A stretch of 64,000 bases of DNA. Origin: Candidatus Muproteobacteria bacterium (GTDB lineage Bacteria > Pseudomonadota > Gammaproteobacteria > Acidiferrobacterales > SPGG2). This document shows, piece by piece, positions 49,941-61,033 of the stretch. The stretch covers positions 24,823-88,822 of the forward strand of contig QKEI01000051.1 of assembly GCA_003251795.1 (NCBI GenBank), read 5' to 3'. The translations under genes and the position numbers were made by a program. The notes beneath the pieces are model-generated. The model was given only the letters and a program-made list of their open reading frames with translations. It was not told the DNA's origin and did not search any database. Within the stretch, counting starts at the first letter, position 1; each line of letters starts with the position of its first letter.

Positions 49941-50570
49941 CTAATTGAATTCCTTCATGTAGCGCTTCTTGAAGCGTAGCACCTTGGTTACGTAACTGCG
50001 GGTCTCGGTGTAAGGGGGTATTCCATTGTGCCGATCCACGGCGTTTTCGCCGGCGTTGTATGCCGCCAGCACCAGTGTCATGTCGTTATCGTAACGCTGC
50101 ATGAGGTCGCTCAAGTACCGCACGGCTGCCTGAATGTTCTGTACGGGATCGTAAGGGTCATGCGCGCCGTATTGCTGGGCGGTCGACGGCATCAGTTGCA
50201 TCAGGCCTGATGCCCCTTTGATTGAGGTTGCCTGCGGGTTGAACGAGGATTCCGCGTGCATCACCGCCTTAATCAAGGCCGGATCAACGTTATAGGCATG
50301 CGCCATCTTACGGATCACACGATCGTAGGCCGACGGATCGCCATGGTAGAACGGCGCTTGCCTTCGCGCTGCCGCACCTTCGGCACTTTCTTTCTTACGC
50401 ACCAGTTGATACTGGCGATCTCTGAGTGCATGATCGCTAAAGAGCCACGAGCCATCCGATGCGCGGTAGGCATAGACGGAGTTGCCGGCCGTGACGTTGC
50501 CTGCTATCGACAGTAGCGCCAACGCTATGACTACTTGCAGTTTGATGAGGGTACGTCGTGCGTCTCCCAC
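49941..50570 (-). CDS. lytic transglycosylase (SLT domain), secreted
   Basis: 209 aa with a signal peptide. LIKAVMHAESSFNPQATSIKGASGLMQLMPSTA and AYNAGENAV motifs. Confidence 0.8.
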   Translation of the reverse strand: MGDARRTLIKLQVVIALALLSIAGNVTAGNSVYAYRASDGSWLFSDHALRDRQYQLVRKKESAEGAAARRQAPFYHGDPSAYDRVIRKMAHAYNVDPALIKAVMHAESSFNPQATSIKGASGLMQLMPSTAQQYGAHDPYDPVQNIQAAVRYLSDLMQRYDNDMTLVLAAYNAGENAVDRHNGIPPYTETRSYVTKVLRFKKRYMKEFN

Positions 50571-50770
50571 GTAACCGGCCTTCTGTGCTCTTTCCCCGTG
50601 TTAGTCGGAAATCTCTGCACATGGCGTGCCACCCTCGCGCCTGCCGCGTGTGCCTATAAGCTATTGATTTCACTGTAATAATAACGGTTTGCCATCCGTC
50701 ACGGATGCGAGCGCGTTAACCTTCCGCGTCAGCGAGTTGACCCTAACGGTCGATGTGCGAGCTGCGGTTC

Positions 50771-51241
50771 TCATTCGAAATGAGCGAGCACACGCTTTGC
50801 AAATTCTTCCCATCCCCATGCGCTCATGGCAACAGGGCGCACCTTGCGCACCGCGCTCATCGCCTCACCAACGGACAATCCCGCATGCTGCATGAGAAAG
50901 TAGCAAAGGAAGAGTCCCGTCCGATCCTTACCCGATGAACAGTGGACCAACACGCTGCGTTGCCGATTCATCTGTCCCGACACGAACTCGTAGGCCCGTG
51001 GCAGGACGTCAAGGCAAATCTGATCATCGCCTGGCAGCGGGGGCGCGTTATCCGACAACGGCATGCAAGCGTAGTTGATGTCGTGCGCCTGGAAATCTTG
51101 CGGATGACACAGCATGCCATCGTTCAGCGAAAGCACCGCCCCAATCCCGCCTGCGCGCAGCGCCGCGACATCCCACGGCGCGCGATCCGGCCCTGGCCGT
51201 CCAGCCAACTTCTCAGGGATTACCCAAAATACCTGGTTCAT
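50771..51241 (-). CDS. dual-specificity / tyrosine protein phosphatase-like protein
   Basis: 156 aa with the active-site P-loop VHCSSGKDRTG (HCx5R). Confidence 0.75.
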   Translation of the reverse strand: MNQVFWVIPEKLAGRPGPDRAPWDVAALRAGGIGAVLSLNDGMLCHPQDFQAHDINYACMPLSDNAPPLPGDDQICLDVLPRAYEFVSGQMNRQRSVLVHCSSGKDRTGLFLCYFLMQHAGLSVGEAMSAVRKVRPVAMSAWGWEEFAKRVLAHFE

Positions 51242-51321
51242 CTCTTGGACGCATGTACACAGCTTCCGCTAGAGGAAACTTTGCGGCGGCGGCGCGAAGC
51301 GCTGTCCGCTGCATGCCGTTG

Positions 51322-52389
51322 TTACACCGCTCCTGATTCAAGCGAGGACCCCTTGGGCACGAGCACGATCTTGCCCGTCACGCCTCCCTTCCCAAGCAGC
51401 TCGTGTGCGTGTCTTGCCTCGGCAAGAGGAAACCGCACCGCGATGAGCGGTTTGATCTTCTGCTGTCTAAGGAGGTCGAACAGGGCGATCAAATCTTGTC
51501 GAAACAATGCCGGTTTCAGCCGTTTGAGCCACTGGATGCTGTAAGGGACCACCCGTTTGCGGCCCGGGAGAAACCAGCCGCCGGCAATGTACAACGCGAA
51601 GATGGGGATTTCGCGAAAGCGATGACGACGACCTGAACGACCTGAAGCCAACCGTCCCCCACGTAGCGAGGAAGTAAGGCCGTAGACCACTACCGTCCCA
51701 CCAGGACGCAGAGCCTTGCGGGAACGCCACATATGGGTACCACCGATGCCGTCAAAGACGACATCTACACCCTCGCTCGTGCGGTCATGAATTTCTTTCA
51801 CGAAGTCCTGATGCTGGTAGTCAATTGGGATACCGCCCAGATCGGAAACGGCCACCGCCCCTCGCGATGAACAGGTACCGTACATCTCCAGCTCGACGAG
51901 GCGCCCAAGCTGCAATAGCGCCGAACCGACTCCGCCTGCCGCGCCGTGAATCAACACACGCTGACCGGGTCTAACTTTAACCGAACGATGCAACATCTGG
52001 TACGCCGTGATGTAGTTCAACACGAGGCTGACAGCCTCCGCGGCGTCCAACCCAGATGGCACCGGCACCAGTTCGCGCTGCGGCAGGCAAACGAACTCCG
52101 CGTACGCACCGTAGATCGGCAACGCGGCAACTATCTGGCCTGGCTCGAGTCCAGAGGCGCCGGCGCCGAGCCGATCTACCACGCCAACTAGATCCCAACC
52201 CGGCGTGAAGGGCAGCGAGGGCGTCTCGGGATGAATGCCCTCACGCATCATTAGGTCGGGCAAGGAGACACCCGCGGCCAGCACTCTCACCCGCACTTCG
52301 CCGTTCCCCGGCTCGGGGCACTCTTCTTCCAGCACCTGAAGTGCGTCGGGCCCACCGTAGTGATTGACGATGACTCGCGTGTGTTTCAC
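51322..52389 (-). CDS. medium-chain dehydrogenase/reductase (quinone oxidoreductase-like)
   Basis: 355 aa. GroES-like N-terminal half and Rossmann motif VLIHGAAGGVGSAL. GTG start with GAGGA upstream. Confidence 0.8.
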   Translation of the reverse strand: MKHTRVIVNHYGGPDALQVLEEECPEPGNGEVRVRVLAAGVSLPDLMMREGIHPETPSLPFTPGWDLVGVVDRLGAGASGLEPGQIVAALPIYGAYAEFVCLPQRELVPVPSGLDAAEAVSLVLNYITAYQMLHRSVKVRPGQRVLIHGAAGGVGSALLQLGRLVELEMYGTCSSRGAVAVSDLGGIPIDYQHQDFVKEIHDRTSEGVDVVFDGIGGTHMWRSRKALRPGGTVVVYGLTSSLRGGRLASGRSGRRHRFREIPIFALYIAGGWFLPGRKRVVPYSIQWLKRLKPALFRQDLIALFDLLRQQKIKPLIAVRFPLAEARHAHELLGKGGVTGKIVLVPKGSSLESGAV

Positions 52390-52710
52390 GGACCGTGTCC
52401 TCGCTTACCGGGCGTTCGACCTTGTGCGGTGTAACCACGTGCGCGTAACCGGCTCGCAAACGGCAGGCGAAGCCTTGCGACACTCCATAGCGCTCGATCG
52501 GGGCCTGATCATCGTCCCACCCGTTTCTCACGGATTACCCAAAGGCACCCCTAACCCGCTTCTGCTACGACATCGCCCCTTTAGCGCCGAAACGAAAGTC
52601 ACCCGTCGTACGGCGCCGGACCCCTGTTAATACTCATTGTCGCCGGTTGCTGCTCCCCGCATCCTGGATCCCGCCGCACTAGGACGTCTCTGTATGTGTT
52701 AGGTGACACT

Positions 52711-55700
52711 CTAACCCACCCACACCCTAGCGTTGCGAAACATGCGCAGCCAGGCACCGTCCTCGCCCCAATCGTCGGGATGCCAGGAGTTACTCACCGT
52801 GCGAAACACCCGTTCTGGATGTGGCATGAGAATGGTGAAGCGGCCATCCGCCGTGGTGAGGCCGGTGATGCCATAGGGTGAGCCGTTTGGATTATAGGGA
52901 TAGGTTTGCGTAAGCTCGCCATAGTTGTCGACGAAACACAAGGCCACCAGACGATCGAGTATCAGCTGTTGCGCGTCCTGTTCATTGGCGAACTCAGCGC
53001 GTCCCTCTCCGTGCGCAACCGCGATGGGCATCATGGAGTGCATCATTCCCTGCAGGAAAATGGAAGGGTTCTCAGGCACCTGCACCATACACACACGGGC
53101 TTCGAACTGCTCGGAGCGGTTGCGTACGAAATGGGGCCATAGCTCAGCGCCGGGTATAAGCTCGCGCAAATTCGACATCATTTGGCAACCGTTGCACACG
53201 CCCAGCGCAAAGGTATCTCCCCTGGCAAAGAAGGCGGCGAACTGATCGCGCGCACGATTGTTGAAAAGTATCGATTTGGCCCAACCCTCACCGGCTCCGA
53301 GCACATCGCCAAAGGAAAAACCGCCGCAGGCGGCGAATCCCCGGAAATCCTTGAGATCGACGCGTCCATCGATGATATCGCGCATGGCCACATCGACGGC
53401 AGCAAAGCCGGCGCGATCGAACGCGGCGGCCATCTCCACTTGGCCGTTGACACCTTGCTCGCGCAGTACTGCCACGGGTGGACGGGCGCCGCTGGCGATA
53501 AACGGTGCAGCGATGTCCGCACTCATGTCAAAGGAAAGGCGCACGCTCAAGCCAGGATCGGCGGCATCCAGAATGCGGTCATGCTCTTCCCGCATACATT
53601 CCGGGTTATCCCGTAACGACTGCATATGAAATGTCGTTTCCGACCAAGCGCGCTGTAGATTGACTCGCGTATCGCTCACTATGAGCTTGCCGCGGTGGCT
53701 GACGCTGATGCGATCATCGTTGCTGACGACACCGATAACATGGGCATGACGGCCCAGCCCTGCCTGCTTGAGCGCCCCGAGGATTCCCGGCAGGCGCTCG
53801 CGCGGCACTTGCAGCACTGCCCCGAGCTCTTCGCTGAAGAGCGCCGCCACAGGGTCTCGCCCAAGCTCGCTGATATCGATGCTGACACCAGTATGGCCCG
53901 CGAATGCCATCTCGCAAATGGTAGCCAGCAGTCCACCGTCAGAGCGATCGTGATAAGCGATGACAAAGCCGAGCTCGTTCAGCGCTTGGATTACATGGAA
54001 GTAGAGTCGCAACACCCGCGGGTCATCCACATCCGGTGCGTCCCGACCGATCTCGCCATACACCTGGGCTAAAGCAGAGCCGCCCAGCCGATTCTTCTTC
54101 TTGCCGAGATCGATCAAGAGCAGATCGGTCTCGCCGCGGTCGCACCGCAGTTGCGGCGTCAAGGTCTTGCGCACATCCAGTACCGAGCTGAAGGCCGAGA
54201 CGATCAACGAAAGTGGGGCAGTCACCTCTCGTTCTTGTCCCGAGGCGTCGCGCCAGACGGATTTCATGGACAACGAATCCTTGCCCACCGGTATCGATAT
54301 CCCCAACGCCGGACAAAGCTCCAGCGCTACCGCTCGCACCGCATCGAACAGCGCGGCATCCTCGCCCGCGTGGCCTGCTGCCGCCATCCAGTTAGCCGAA
54401 AGTTTGACATCCGGCAGTTTTTCGATGCGCGCCGCGGCGAGATTCGTCAATGCCTCGCCCACCGCCATGCGCGCGCTCGCCGCCGGATCCAGCAAGGCAA
54501 GCGGGGTGCGCTCGCCAATGGCCATTGCCTCACCGGTATATGCCCGGTAACCGCTCGCCGTGACGGCCACATCGGCCACCGGCACCTGCCACGGACCGAC
54601 CATTTGATCGCGGCAAACCAGTCCCGAGACAGTGCGATCACCGATCGTAATAAGGAATGTCTTGTTCGCCACAGTCGGAAGCCTCAAGACGCGTTGTGTC
54701 GCCTCGAGCGGCTCGATCGCACGCGTGTTGAACCGCGGCAGCTTGCGGCGAGTACGCTTGACGTCACGCAACATCTTCGGCGCCTTACCAAAGAGCACGG
54801 ACATTTCAAGGTCAATCGGGCAATGTCGTCGGTCGGCGTCGACGTCACTTCGGGGAAAGGCGTTGTCCTCCAACACCAGGCGCTGTTCTTGCGTTACCGT
54901 GCCGAGCACGGCCAGCGGACAGCGTTCACGTTCACACAGTGCCTGAAAGACCGATAGTTGCGCCTCGCTGATCGCCAGCACGTAGCGCTCCTGCGCCTCG
55001 TTGCTCCAGATTTCCATCGGCGACATCCCGGGTTGCGCGTTCGGCACCGCGCGCAGCTCGAGGCGCGCGCCGCGTCCGCCGCCATGTATCAATTCCGGTA
55101 GTGCATTGGAAAGTCCGCCCGCGCCGACATCGTGGACCGAGAGAATCGGATTCGCCTCCGCGAGCGCCCAACACTGATCGATCACTTCCTGGCAGCGGCG
55201 TTGCATTTCCGCGTTGTCCCGTTGCACCGACGCGAAGTCCAGGTCCTCGGTACCCGTCCCGCTCGCCACGCTCGAGGCCGCTCCCCCTCCCAAGCCGATC
55301 AACATCGCCGGACCGCCGATGACGATCAATTTTGCCCCCACCGGCAAGGGAGCCTTGTGGATGTGCTGCAAACGGATGTTGCCCATACCGCCCGCAAGCA
55401 TGATCGGCTTGTGGTAACCACGAACCTCGCCGTCGACTTGCTGACAGTACGTGCGAAAGTAACCGCCGATCGCGGGGCGACCAAATTCATTGTTGAACGC
55501 GGCACCTCCGACAGGTCCCTCGAGCATGATAGCGAGAGGACTGGCGATGCGATCGGGCTTACCGTAATCCACTTCCCATGGCTGCAAGGCACCGGGTATC
55601 AACAAGTTGGAGACGGAGAAACCCGTGATACCGGCCTTGGGTTTGGCACCGCGTCCGGTTGCACCTTCATCACGGATCTCGCCCCCGGAACCGGTCGCGG

Positions 55701-56682
55701 CACCGGGATAGGGCGAGATCGCCGTCGGGTGATTGTGCGTCTCTACCTTGACAACGATCGCCGTATCGTCGTCGTGGTAGCGGTACTCCTTAGTCGAGGG
55801 CAGCGGAAAGAAACGAGCGACGCGTGTACTATCGATCACGGCAGCGTTATCCCGATAGGCCACCAGCGTACCGCGCGGGCTGCGTTTATGCGTTTCCTGG
55901 ATCATGCCAAATAATGAGGCGGCTTGCGGCCGACGATTGATGACCCAGTCGGCATTGAAAATCTTGTGGCGACAATGCTCGGAATTGGCTTGCGCGAACA
56001 TCATTAACTCCACATCCGTGGGGTTGCGTCCCATATGGCCAAAGCTCTCGGTGAGGTAGGCGATCTCGTCTTCGGAAAGCGCCAGCCCGAGCTCGCGATT
56101 GGCCGCGACCAACGCGTCAGCACCCCTGGATAGGACATCGATGACCGATAGCGGAGCGGGCACCGCTGCAGCAAACAGCTCGCTTATCTGCTGCGGATCC
56201 GGCAATACGCTTTGTGTCATCCGGTCATAGAGCAGCGGCAGCAGTCGCGCGCGCTCCTGGGCTGTCAGCAGCGACTTATTCTCAGTCTTGAAATACCAGG
56301 CGGTCCCGCGCTCTAGGCGCAAAACAGACATGAGCCCGCAGCTATGTGCTATGTCGGTCGCCTTACTGGCCCACGGCGAAATGGTGCCGAGTCGCGGCAC
56401 CACCAACAGCGGCTCTCCCTGCGGAACCTGAGACTCAGTGCGCGGCCCGTAACGCAGCAAGCGATCGAGCACGGCCGACTCCGCATCGTCAAGCGCGCGA
56501 GTGCTGGCAATGAAATGGCGGTACTCCGCGTAAACCCCGCGCAGCCGTGGAACCTGTACGCGTAGCGCCTGCGCGTACTTCTCGCGCCTGAAGTCCAATA
56601 GTGCTGCCGGGCCCCGCCGCTGAACGACGTGCAAAGACGGCAATTCTTCTCGAGCATGGGCTTTGGATTTGGTCACAGTCAC
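52711..56682 (-). CDS. purL: phosphoribosylformylglycinamidine synthase (single-chain large PurL)
   Basis: 1323 aa, colinear with E. coli PurL (YAEYRHF..., [18 protein letters not shown]-terminal amidotransferase GVCNGCQMM). Compared with E. coli there are about 16 extra N-terminal residues, so a later TTG start is possible. Confidence 0.95.
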   Translation of the reverse strand: MTVTKSKAHAREELPSLHVVQRRGPAALLDFRREKYAQALRVQVPRLRGVYAEYRHFIASTRALDDAESAVLDRLLRYGPRTESQVPQGEPLLVVPRLGTISPWASKATDIAHSCGLMSVLRLERGTAWYFKTENKSLLTAQERARLLPLLYDRMTQSVLPDPQQISELFAAAVPAPLSVIDVLSRGADALVAANRELGLALSEDEIAYLTESFGHMGRNPTDVELMMFAQANSEHCRHKIFNADWVINRRPQAASLFGMIQETHKRSPRGTLVAYRDNAAVIDSTRVARFFPLPSTKEYRYHDDDTAIVVKVETHNHPTAISPYPGAATGSGGEIRDEGATGRGAKPKAGITGFSVSNLLIPGALQPWEVDYGKPDRIASPLAIMLEGPVGGAAFNNEFGRPAIGGYFRTYCQQVDGEVRGYHKPIMLAGGMGNIRLQHIHKAPLPVGAKLIVIGGPAMLIGLGGGAASSVASGTGTEDLDFASVQRDNAEMQRRCQEVIDQCWALAEANPILSVHDVGAGGLSNALPELIHGGGRGARLELRAVPNAQPGMSPMEIWSNEAQERYVLAISEAQLSVFQALCERERCPLAVLGTVTQEQRLVLEDNAFPRSDVDADRRHCPIDLEMSVLFGKAPKMLRDVKRTRRKLPRFNTRAIEPLEATQRVLRLPTVANKTFLITIGDRTVSGLVCRDQMVGPWQVPVADVAVTASGYRAYTGEAMAIGERTPLALLDPAASARMAVGEALTNLAAARIEKLPDVKLSANWMAAAGHAGEDAALFDAVRAVALELCPALGISIPVGKDSLSMKSVWRDASGQEREVTAPLSLIVSAFSSVLDVRKTLTPQLRCDRGETDLLLIDLGKKKNRLGGSALAQVYGEIGRDAPDVDDPRVLRLYFHVIQALNELGFVIAYHDRSDGGLLATICEMAFAGHTGVSIDISELGRDPVAALFSEELGAVLQVPRERLPGILGALKQAGLGRHAHVIGVVSNDDRISVSHRGKLIVSDTRVNLQRAWSETTFHMQSLRDNPECMREEHDRILDAADPGLSVRLSFDMSADIAAPFIASGARPPVAVLREQGVNGQVEMAAAFDRAGFAAVDVAMRDIIDGRVDLKDFRGFAACGGFSFGDVLGAGEGWAKSILFNNRARDQFAAFFARGDTFALGVCNGCQMMSNLRELIPGAELWPHFVRNRSEQFEARVCMVQVPENPSIFLQGMMHSMMPIAVAHGEGRAEFANEQDAQQLILDRLVALCFVDNYGELTQTYPYNPNGSPYGITGLTTADGRFTILMPHPERVFRTVSNSWHPDDWGEDGAWLRMFRNARVWVG

Positions 56683-56692
56683 GACCCCTCAC

Positions 56693-57472
56693 TCACACCC
56701 AGCGCGCCGAGAGCCTTTGCCAGGGTAACCCCTGCGCCTGGTCGGCGACGCTGACCCACGACGGTGCGCAGCCAAGCGCCTCAGCCAGCGCCACACGCGC
56801 CAACGCCGGCGTGTTGTTATTCTCGCTCAGGTGTGCCGCGACGATAGCTTGCAAGCAGGAATAATCGAGCTTTGCCAATAGCTCTCCGGCCGTGTCGTTG
56901 TCCAGGTGACCGTGAGGGCCGCCGATGCGGGCCTTTAGGGCCAGCGGATAGTGTCCCGCAGCGAGCAACCGGCCGTCATGGTTGCACTCCAAGATCAGGC
57001 CTTCGCAGCCGCTCAGCATGACTTCGATATGCGAGGTGGTGCTGCCGACATCGGTAAGCATCCCGAGGCGCAACGCGCCGTCAGAAAACACGAACTGGCA
57101 CGGCTCACGGGCGTCGTGAGGAACCGGAAAGGGGGTTACGCAAATATCGCCGATTTCGAAGGGTGCGTGTGGACTGAACAACCGGATGTCTGACAGCGGC
57201 CCTAAGCGCTCGCGACTCGCATCAAAGGTACCCTGGGTCATCCACACTGGAATTTCGAGAGCGCGTGCCACCGCGCCGACGCCGCTTGCATGGTCGGCAT
57301 GCTCGTGGCTGAGGACCACGGCATCCAGCTCTTGTGGGTCCTTACCCAAGCGTTGCAAGCGCGAAATTGTCTGCTTAAGCGAGAACCCACAATCGACTAA
57401 CACACAGGTGTCACCACTCTCGACAAGGATGGCGTTTCCCCGGCTACCGCTGCCGAGGCATGCAAAACGTAT
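56693..57472 (-). CDS. MBL-fold metallo-hydrolase
   Basis: The ORF track starts at GTG 57403, but the in-frame upstream codons encode IRFACLGSGSRGNAILVESGDTC, the conserved first strand of this family. HEHADH motif present. 5' end set at the ATA codon 57470..57472; CTG at 57491..57493 is the alternative. Confidence 0.7.
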   Translation of the reverse strand: MRFACLGSGSRGNAILVESGDTCVLVDCGFSLKQTISRLQRLGKDPQELDAVVLSHEHADHASGVGAVARALEIPVWMTQGTFDASRERLGPLSDIRLFSPHAPFEIGDICVTPFPVPHDAREPCQFVFSDGALRLGMLTDVGSTTSHIEVMLSGCEGLILECNHDGRLLAAGHYPLALKARIGGPHGHLDNDTAGELLAKLDYSCLQAIVAAHLSENNNTPALARVALAEALGCAPSWVSVADQAQGLPWQRLSARWV

Positions 57473-57509
57473 GGCGGCTGTACGTGCGGTCAGTCGCTAC
57501 CTACCGTTT

Positions 57510-58625
57510 TTACTTGAGCTGCTCGTACAACAAAGAAAGAATCTGTTCGGTTTCTTTTGGCCGTACCGGCTTTCCGTTCGCGTCGGTGATCTGCACAGCG
57601 ACGCCTTCGCCGGTTTCCTTCAAAGCGACTTGAAATCGATTCTTTTCGTCATCTTTCTGCTTCCTCTTTTTCTTCTTTTTCTTATCGTCCTCGTTTACGT
57701 CTCGTACGAAATAGACCCAGTTCGAACGATCTTCACTTTCTACATAGTAACCAAGATTATCGAGCGAGATGCCGACACGCCGCCAGGCATCGTCGAGGCC
57801 ACCCGTCAATTTAAGCTCCGGCTGCTGGCCAGCCCCCCGTTCTAAACTTGCACGCGCCGGGGTCCTTTCTTTCAGCACGGCTTCGGCTTCCTGCTGCGTC
57901 GTGCCGAGATGCACCATCAGCAAGCGCATCATTTCCGCTTCCAACTCGGGATCGGGGGGGCGTGGCTGCCACTTGAGCGAACCGCCTAGCTCGCGATCGC
58001 TTAACTCCACAGCGGACTGGCTCGATTCATCGACCACCTGCACCATGCCACGGTGGGTCAGGTAGATTTCCGTTGTACCCTCATTCTGCGTGCGCTCCAG
58101 TCGTATGCGGTACTTATCGAGCTGACCTGTACCATAGCCCTGGCCCGTAAGCTTGCTGAAGAACTTCTGCACATTTGATCCCACGTTCGCGCGGTTCTCG
58201 GCCCAGTTGGTCTCGACGATACCAGCCTGCGGCTGCTCCTTGGCCACCGACAGCCCCATCTTGTCGACAAAGTCGAGGATTTGCGGCCACAGCTGATCAG
58301 CCGGTGTCTCGACCACCAACCACCGCTGTGCGCCAGCGCGTACGAGCTTGATCTTTTCATACTCGGGAAGCAGCTTAGCGTTCTGTGGCCCACCCGCCTG
58401 CCGCTTTTGCTCACGCTCAAACTTGGAGTACGTAGCCCCCTGCTTCGAACCCGCCGAGGTCGAGGTGGTTGTATCTGGAGGCAGGCTGCTCAGGTCCGGT
58501 GGAATTTCCAAAGGGGCGAGCTTGCGCGTCGATTCGTAATCGATCTTCTTACCAGTAATCGTCTTACTGCAGCCTGCCGCTAACAATACCGCCAATAGGG
58601 CAAGCGCGATGCTTCGCATCACCAT
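57510..58625 (-). CDS. bamC: outer membrane protein assembly factor BamC (NlpB-type lipoprotein)
   Basis: Frame of ORF 57510..58661. The ATG at 58625 gives a signal peptide with lipobox LLAAGC. LAPLEIPPDLS near the N-terminus. Located downstream of dapA, as in E. coli dapA-bamC. Confidence 0.75.
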   Translation of the reverse strand: MVMRSIALALLAVLLAAGCSKTITGKKIDYESTRKLAPLEIPPDLSSLPPDTTTSTSAGSKQGATYSKFEREQKRQAGGPQNAKLLPEYEKIKLVRAGAQRWLVVETPADQLWPQILDFVDKMGLSVAKEQPQAGIVETNWAENRANVGSNVQKFFSKLTGQGYGTGQLDKYRIRLERTQNEGTTEIYLTHRGMVQVVDESSQSAVELSDRELGGSLKWQPRPPDPELEAEMMRLLMVHLGTTQQEAEAVLKERTPARASLERGAGQQPELKLTGGLDDAWRRVGISLDNLGYYVESEDRSNWVYFVRDVNEDDKKKKKKRKQKDDEKNRFQVALKETGEGVAVQITDANGKPVRPKETEQILSLLYEQLK

Positions 58626-58664
58626 GGGACAATCAAATGCTGCTAAATGAGAACGTGACAAGAT

Positions 58665-59543
58665 CTACCCGAGCACACCAGCTGCGCGCAGAGCCTGTCG
58701 CACGACCGCATGGTATTCCTCGGCAAGCGGCGTCAACGGCAGACGAATGCCGCCCTCTATCATCCCCATCTCTTTCAACGCCCACTTCACAGGAATCGGG
58801 TTTGCCTCGACAAAAAGCTTCTTGTGCAAGTCCATCAAGCGCTCGTCGATGGCGCGCGCGGTTGCCTCATCGCCGGCCAACGCCGCTGCACAAAGCTCAC
58901 TCATCTGCTTCGGGGCCACGTTTGCCGTCACCGAAATGACGCCCTTGCCGCCTGCGAGAATCAGCTCCAGCGCCGTCGCGTCATCACCGGAGTATACCTC
59001 CATGCGATCACCGCAAGCTTGAGTAATCTGCTTCACGCGGTCGATTTGCCCAGTCGCTTCCTTGATGCCGATGATATTAGGGATCGGGGCCAAGCGTATA
59101 ACCGTTTCCGGAAGCATGTCGCAGGCGGTACGCCCGGGCACATTGTAGAGGATTTGCGGAATCGGCACGGCCTCGGCAATGGCCTTATAATGCCGATAAA
59201 GACCTTCCTGCGGTGGCTTATTATAGTAAGGCGTCACCAGCAAGCAGGCATCAGCGCGTGCCTCACGAGCATAGCGTGTAAGCTCGATCGCCTCTGCAGT
59301 CGAATTGGCGCCGGTGCCAGCGATTACCGGCACACGTCCGCGGATGTGTTTCACCGATTCCTTGATAATCTGGCAGTGCTCGTCCACGTTGACGGTGGCG
59401 GACTCACCAGTGGTACCGACCGCGATGATCGCGCTCGTTCCATTCTCAATATGGAAATCAATTAGCTTGCGCAGCGCGGGAAAGTCGATCGACCCATCTT
59501 CCCGCATAGGCGTGACCAGGGCGACCATGCTGCCTTGAAACAT
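58665..59543 (-). CDS. dapA: 4-hydroxy-tetrahydrodipicolinate synthase
   Basis: Frame of ORF 58665..59768, trimmed to the ATG at 59543 ([13 protein letters not shown]). GTTGES and IGIKEATG (catalytic Lys). 292 aa. Confidence 0.95.
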   Translation of the reverse strand: MFQGSMVALVTPMREDGSIDFPALRKLIDFHIENGTSAIIAVGTTGESATVNVDEHCQIIKESVKHIRGRVPVIAGTGANSTAEAIELTRYAREARADACLLVTPYYNKPPQEGLYRHYKAIAEAVPIPQILYNVPGRTACDMLPETVIRLAPIPNIIGIKEATGQIDRVKQITQACGDRMEVYSGDDATALELILAGGKGVISVTANVAPKQMSELCAAALAGDEATARAIDERLMDLHKKLFVEANPIPVKWALKEMGMIEGGIRLPLTPLAEEYHAVVRQALRAAGVLG

Positions 59544-59575
59544 AGGGCGTACCTCAGGCTTTCTTCGCAGAAAGC

Positions 59576-59604
59576 ATAGTACTTTTCCATCCCACTGTTG
59601 ACAA
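59576..59604 (-). promoter_or_regulatory. candidate sigma70 promoter of dapA
   Basis: On the minus strand: TTGTCA (59604..59599), a 17-nt spacer, then TACTAT (59581..59576). A 7-bp hairpin GCTTTCT-GCGA-AGAAAGC lies in the resulting short leader (59558..59575). Confidence 0.4.
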
Positions 59605-59810
59605 GTGAACCCGCCGCAGGTGTGTGTTTCTGTGCCCTGCGAACCGCGGCCGCACCCCTTCCCAGGGCGACTTGCGCGATTCCCGGGAGGGAAGCACAAA
59701 CCCGGCACGCGACTCAGGGGTCCGCGAGCAGACGCAGCCCGGAGTGCACGGGTAAAATGCTTGGACATGGGCCGGGGCGTATCTTCGCTGCAAAGGAGGA
59801 GCGACTATTC

Positions 59811-61001
59811 ATGCGATTCATCATCAACAAAGCGATAACACTGCCGCTCAGCGCTTGCGCGCTGGCGCTTGCACATAGCGGTTATGCAAACTGCACAGAT
59901 TCTGGTAGCAGCCAACGAATACCTTCAATTGCACTAAAGGAGATTGCGCATGGCCTAAAAAGTCCAGTACACATAACACACGCCGGCGATGGTAGCGGTA
60001 GACTGTTTGTCGTCGAGCAGGCCGGCATGATCCGAATCATCGACCACGGCAAGCTACTCTCGCAACCCTTCCTCGATATTCGTGAGCGCGTCAACAGTGG
60101 TGGAGAAAAGGGGCTTCTCGGCATCGCGTTTCATCCCCGCTACAAAGACAACGGCTTGTTCTACGTAGACTATACGACCCAACAAAAAGGTCTCCATACG
60201 ATCATCGCTGAATACAAACGTGGCAATGGCAATCAGGCCGACCCCGGCAGCGAGCGGCTCTTGCTTAAAATCAAGCAACCGTACGGTAACCATAATGGCG
60301 GTCAACTCGCTTTTGGGCCCGATGGCTATCTCTACATCGGCATGGGAGACGGAGGTTCCGCCAACGACCCGTTTGACAACGGACAAAACACGCAAACCTT
60401 GCTCGGCAAATTGCTGCGCATCGATGTCGATCGACGCGACGGTACGCGCGCCTACGCCATACCCGCTGACAACCCGTTCGTCGGCACACCTAACCATCGG
60501 GAGGAGATTTGGGCATTCGGTTTGCGCAATCCATGGCGCTTCTCGTTCGATGCGGAAACGGGCGTGCTTTATCTTGCCGACGTGGGTCAGGACGAATATG
60601 AAGAGATCGATGTCATCAAGAAAGGGGGGAACTATGGCTGGAATATCATGGAAGGTCCGATCTGCACGCCAGGGGTCAGTACAAACTGCAACAAGTCCGG
60701 GCTCGAGTTACCCATCTTGAGTTATCCGCATCCCGATGGATTCTCGATCACAGGCGGGTTCGTTTACCGTGGTGAGGCCATCCCCAAGTTATGCGGCGTT
60801 TACGTCTATGGTGATTACGTCACCCAGCGTATCTGGGGCCTGCGTTATGACGGACACAAGGTAACGCAGCAACAGCTGCTCCTGAAGACGCGTCATGCGG
60901 TCAGTAGCTTCGGTGAAGACGAAGCACGCGAGTTATACTTAGCGGACTACAGTCACGGCAAGGTAATCAAGATCGTCCCTGCCGCCGCGGGTTCCCCGTA
61001 A
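59811..61001 (+). CDS. PQQ-dependent sugar (glucose/sorbosone) dehydrogenase family protein, secreted
   Basis: Internal ATG of ORF 59598..61001, preceded by AAGGAGGAG, with a signal peptide. GLLGIAFHP, HNGGQLAFGPDGYLYIGMGDGG and RNPWRFSFD beta-propeller motifs. Confidence 0.8.
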   Translation: MRFIINKAITLPLSACALALAHSGYANCTDSGSSQRIPSIALKEIAHGLKSPVHITHAGDGSGRLFVVEQAGMIRIIDHGKLLSQPFLDIRERVNSGGEKGLLGIAFHPRYKDNGLFYVDYTTQQKGLHTIIAEYKRGNGNQADPGSERLLLKIKQPYGNHNGGQLAFGPDGYLYIGMGDGGSANDPFDNGQNTQTLLGKLLRIDVDRRDGTRAYAIPADNPFVGTPNHREEIWAFGLRNPWRFSFDAETGVLYLADVGQDEYEEIDVIKKGGNYGWNIMEGPICTPGVSTNCNKSGLELPILSYPHPDGFSITGGFVYRGEAIPKLCGVYVYGDYVTQRIWGLRYDGHKVTQQQLLLKTRHAVSSFGEDEARELYLADYSHGKVIKIVPAAAGSP

Positions 61002-61033
61002 CCCCCGCAGACCGTTACACCGACGTGCATCAC

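Noticed and set aside
54151-55914. Two long ORFs (268 and 260 aa) antisense to purL.
   Set aside because: Antisense shadows inside a 1323-aa gene that is colinear with E. coli PurL.
58710-59465. 251-aa ORF antisense to dapA.
   Set aside because: Antisense shadow.
59544-59810. Upstream extensions of dapA (to 59768) and of the PQQ-dehydrogenase gene (from 59598), which overlap each other in the divergent gap.
   Set aside because: Both extensions are Arg/Gly/Pro-rich. Canonical N-termini ([13 protein letters not shown], and a signal peptide after AAGGAGGAG) define shorter genes. The gap instead holds a plausible dapA promoter.
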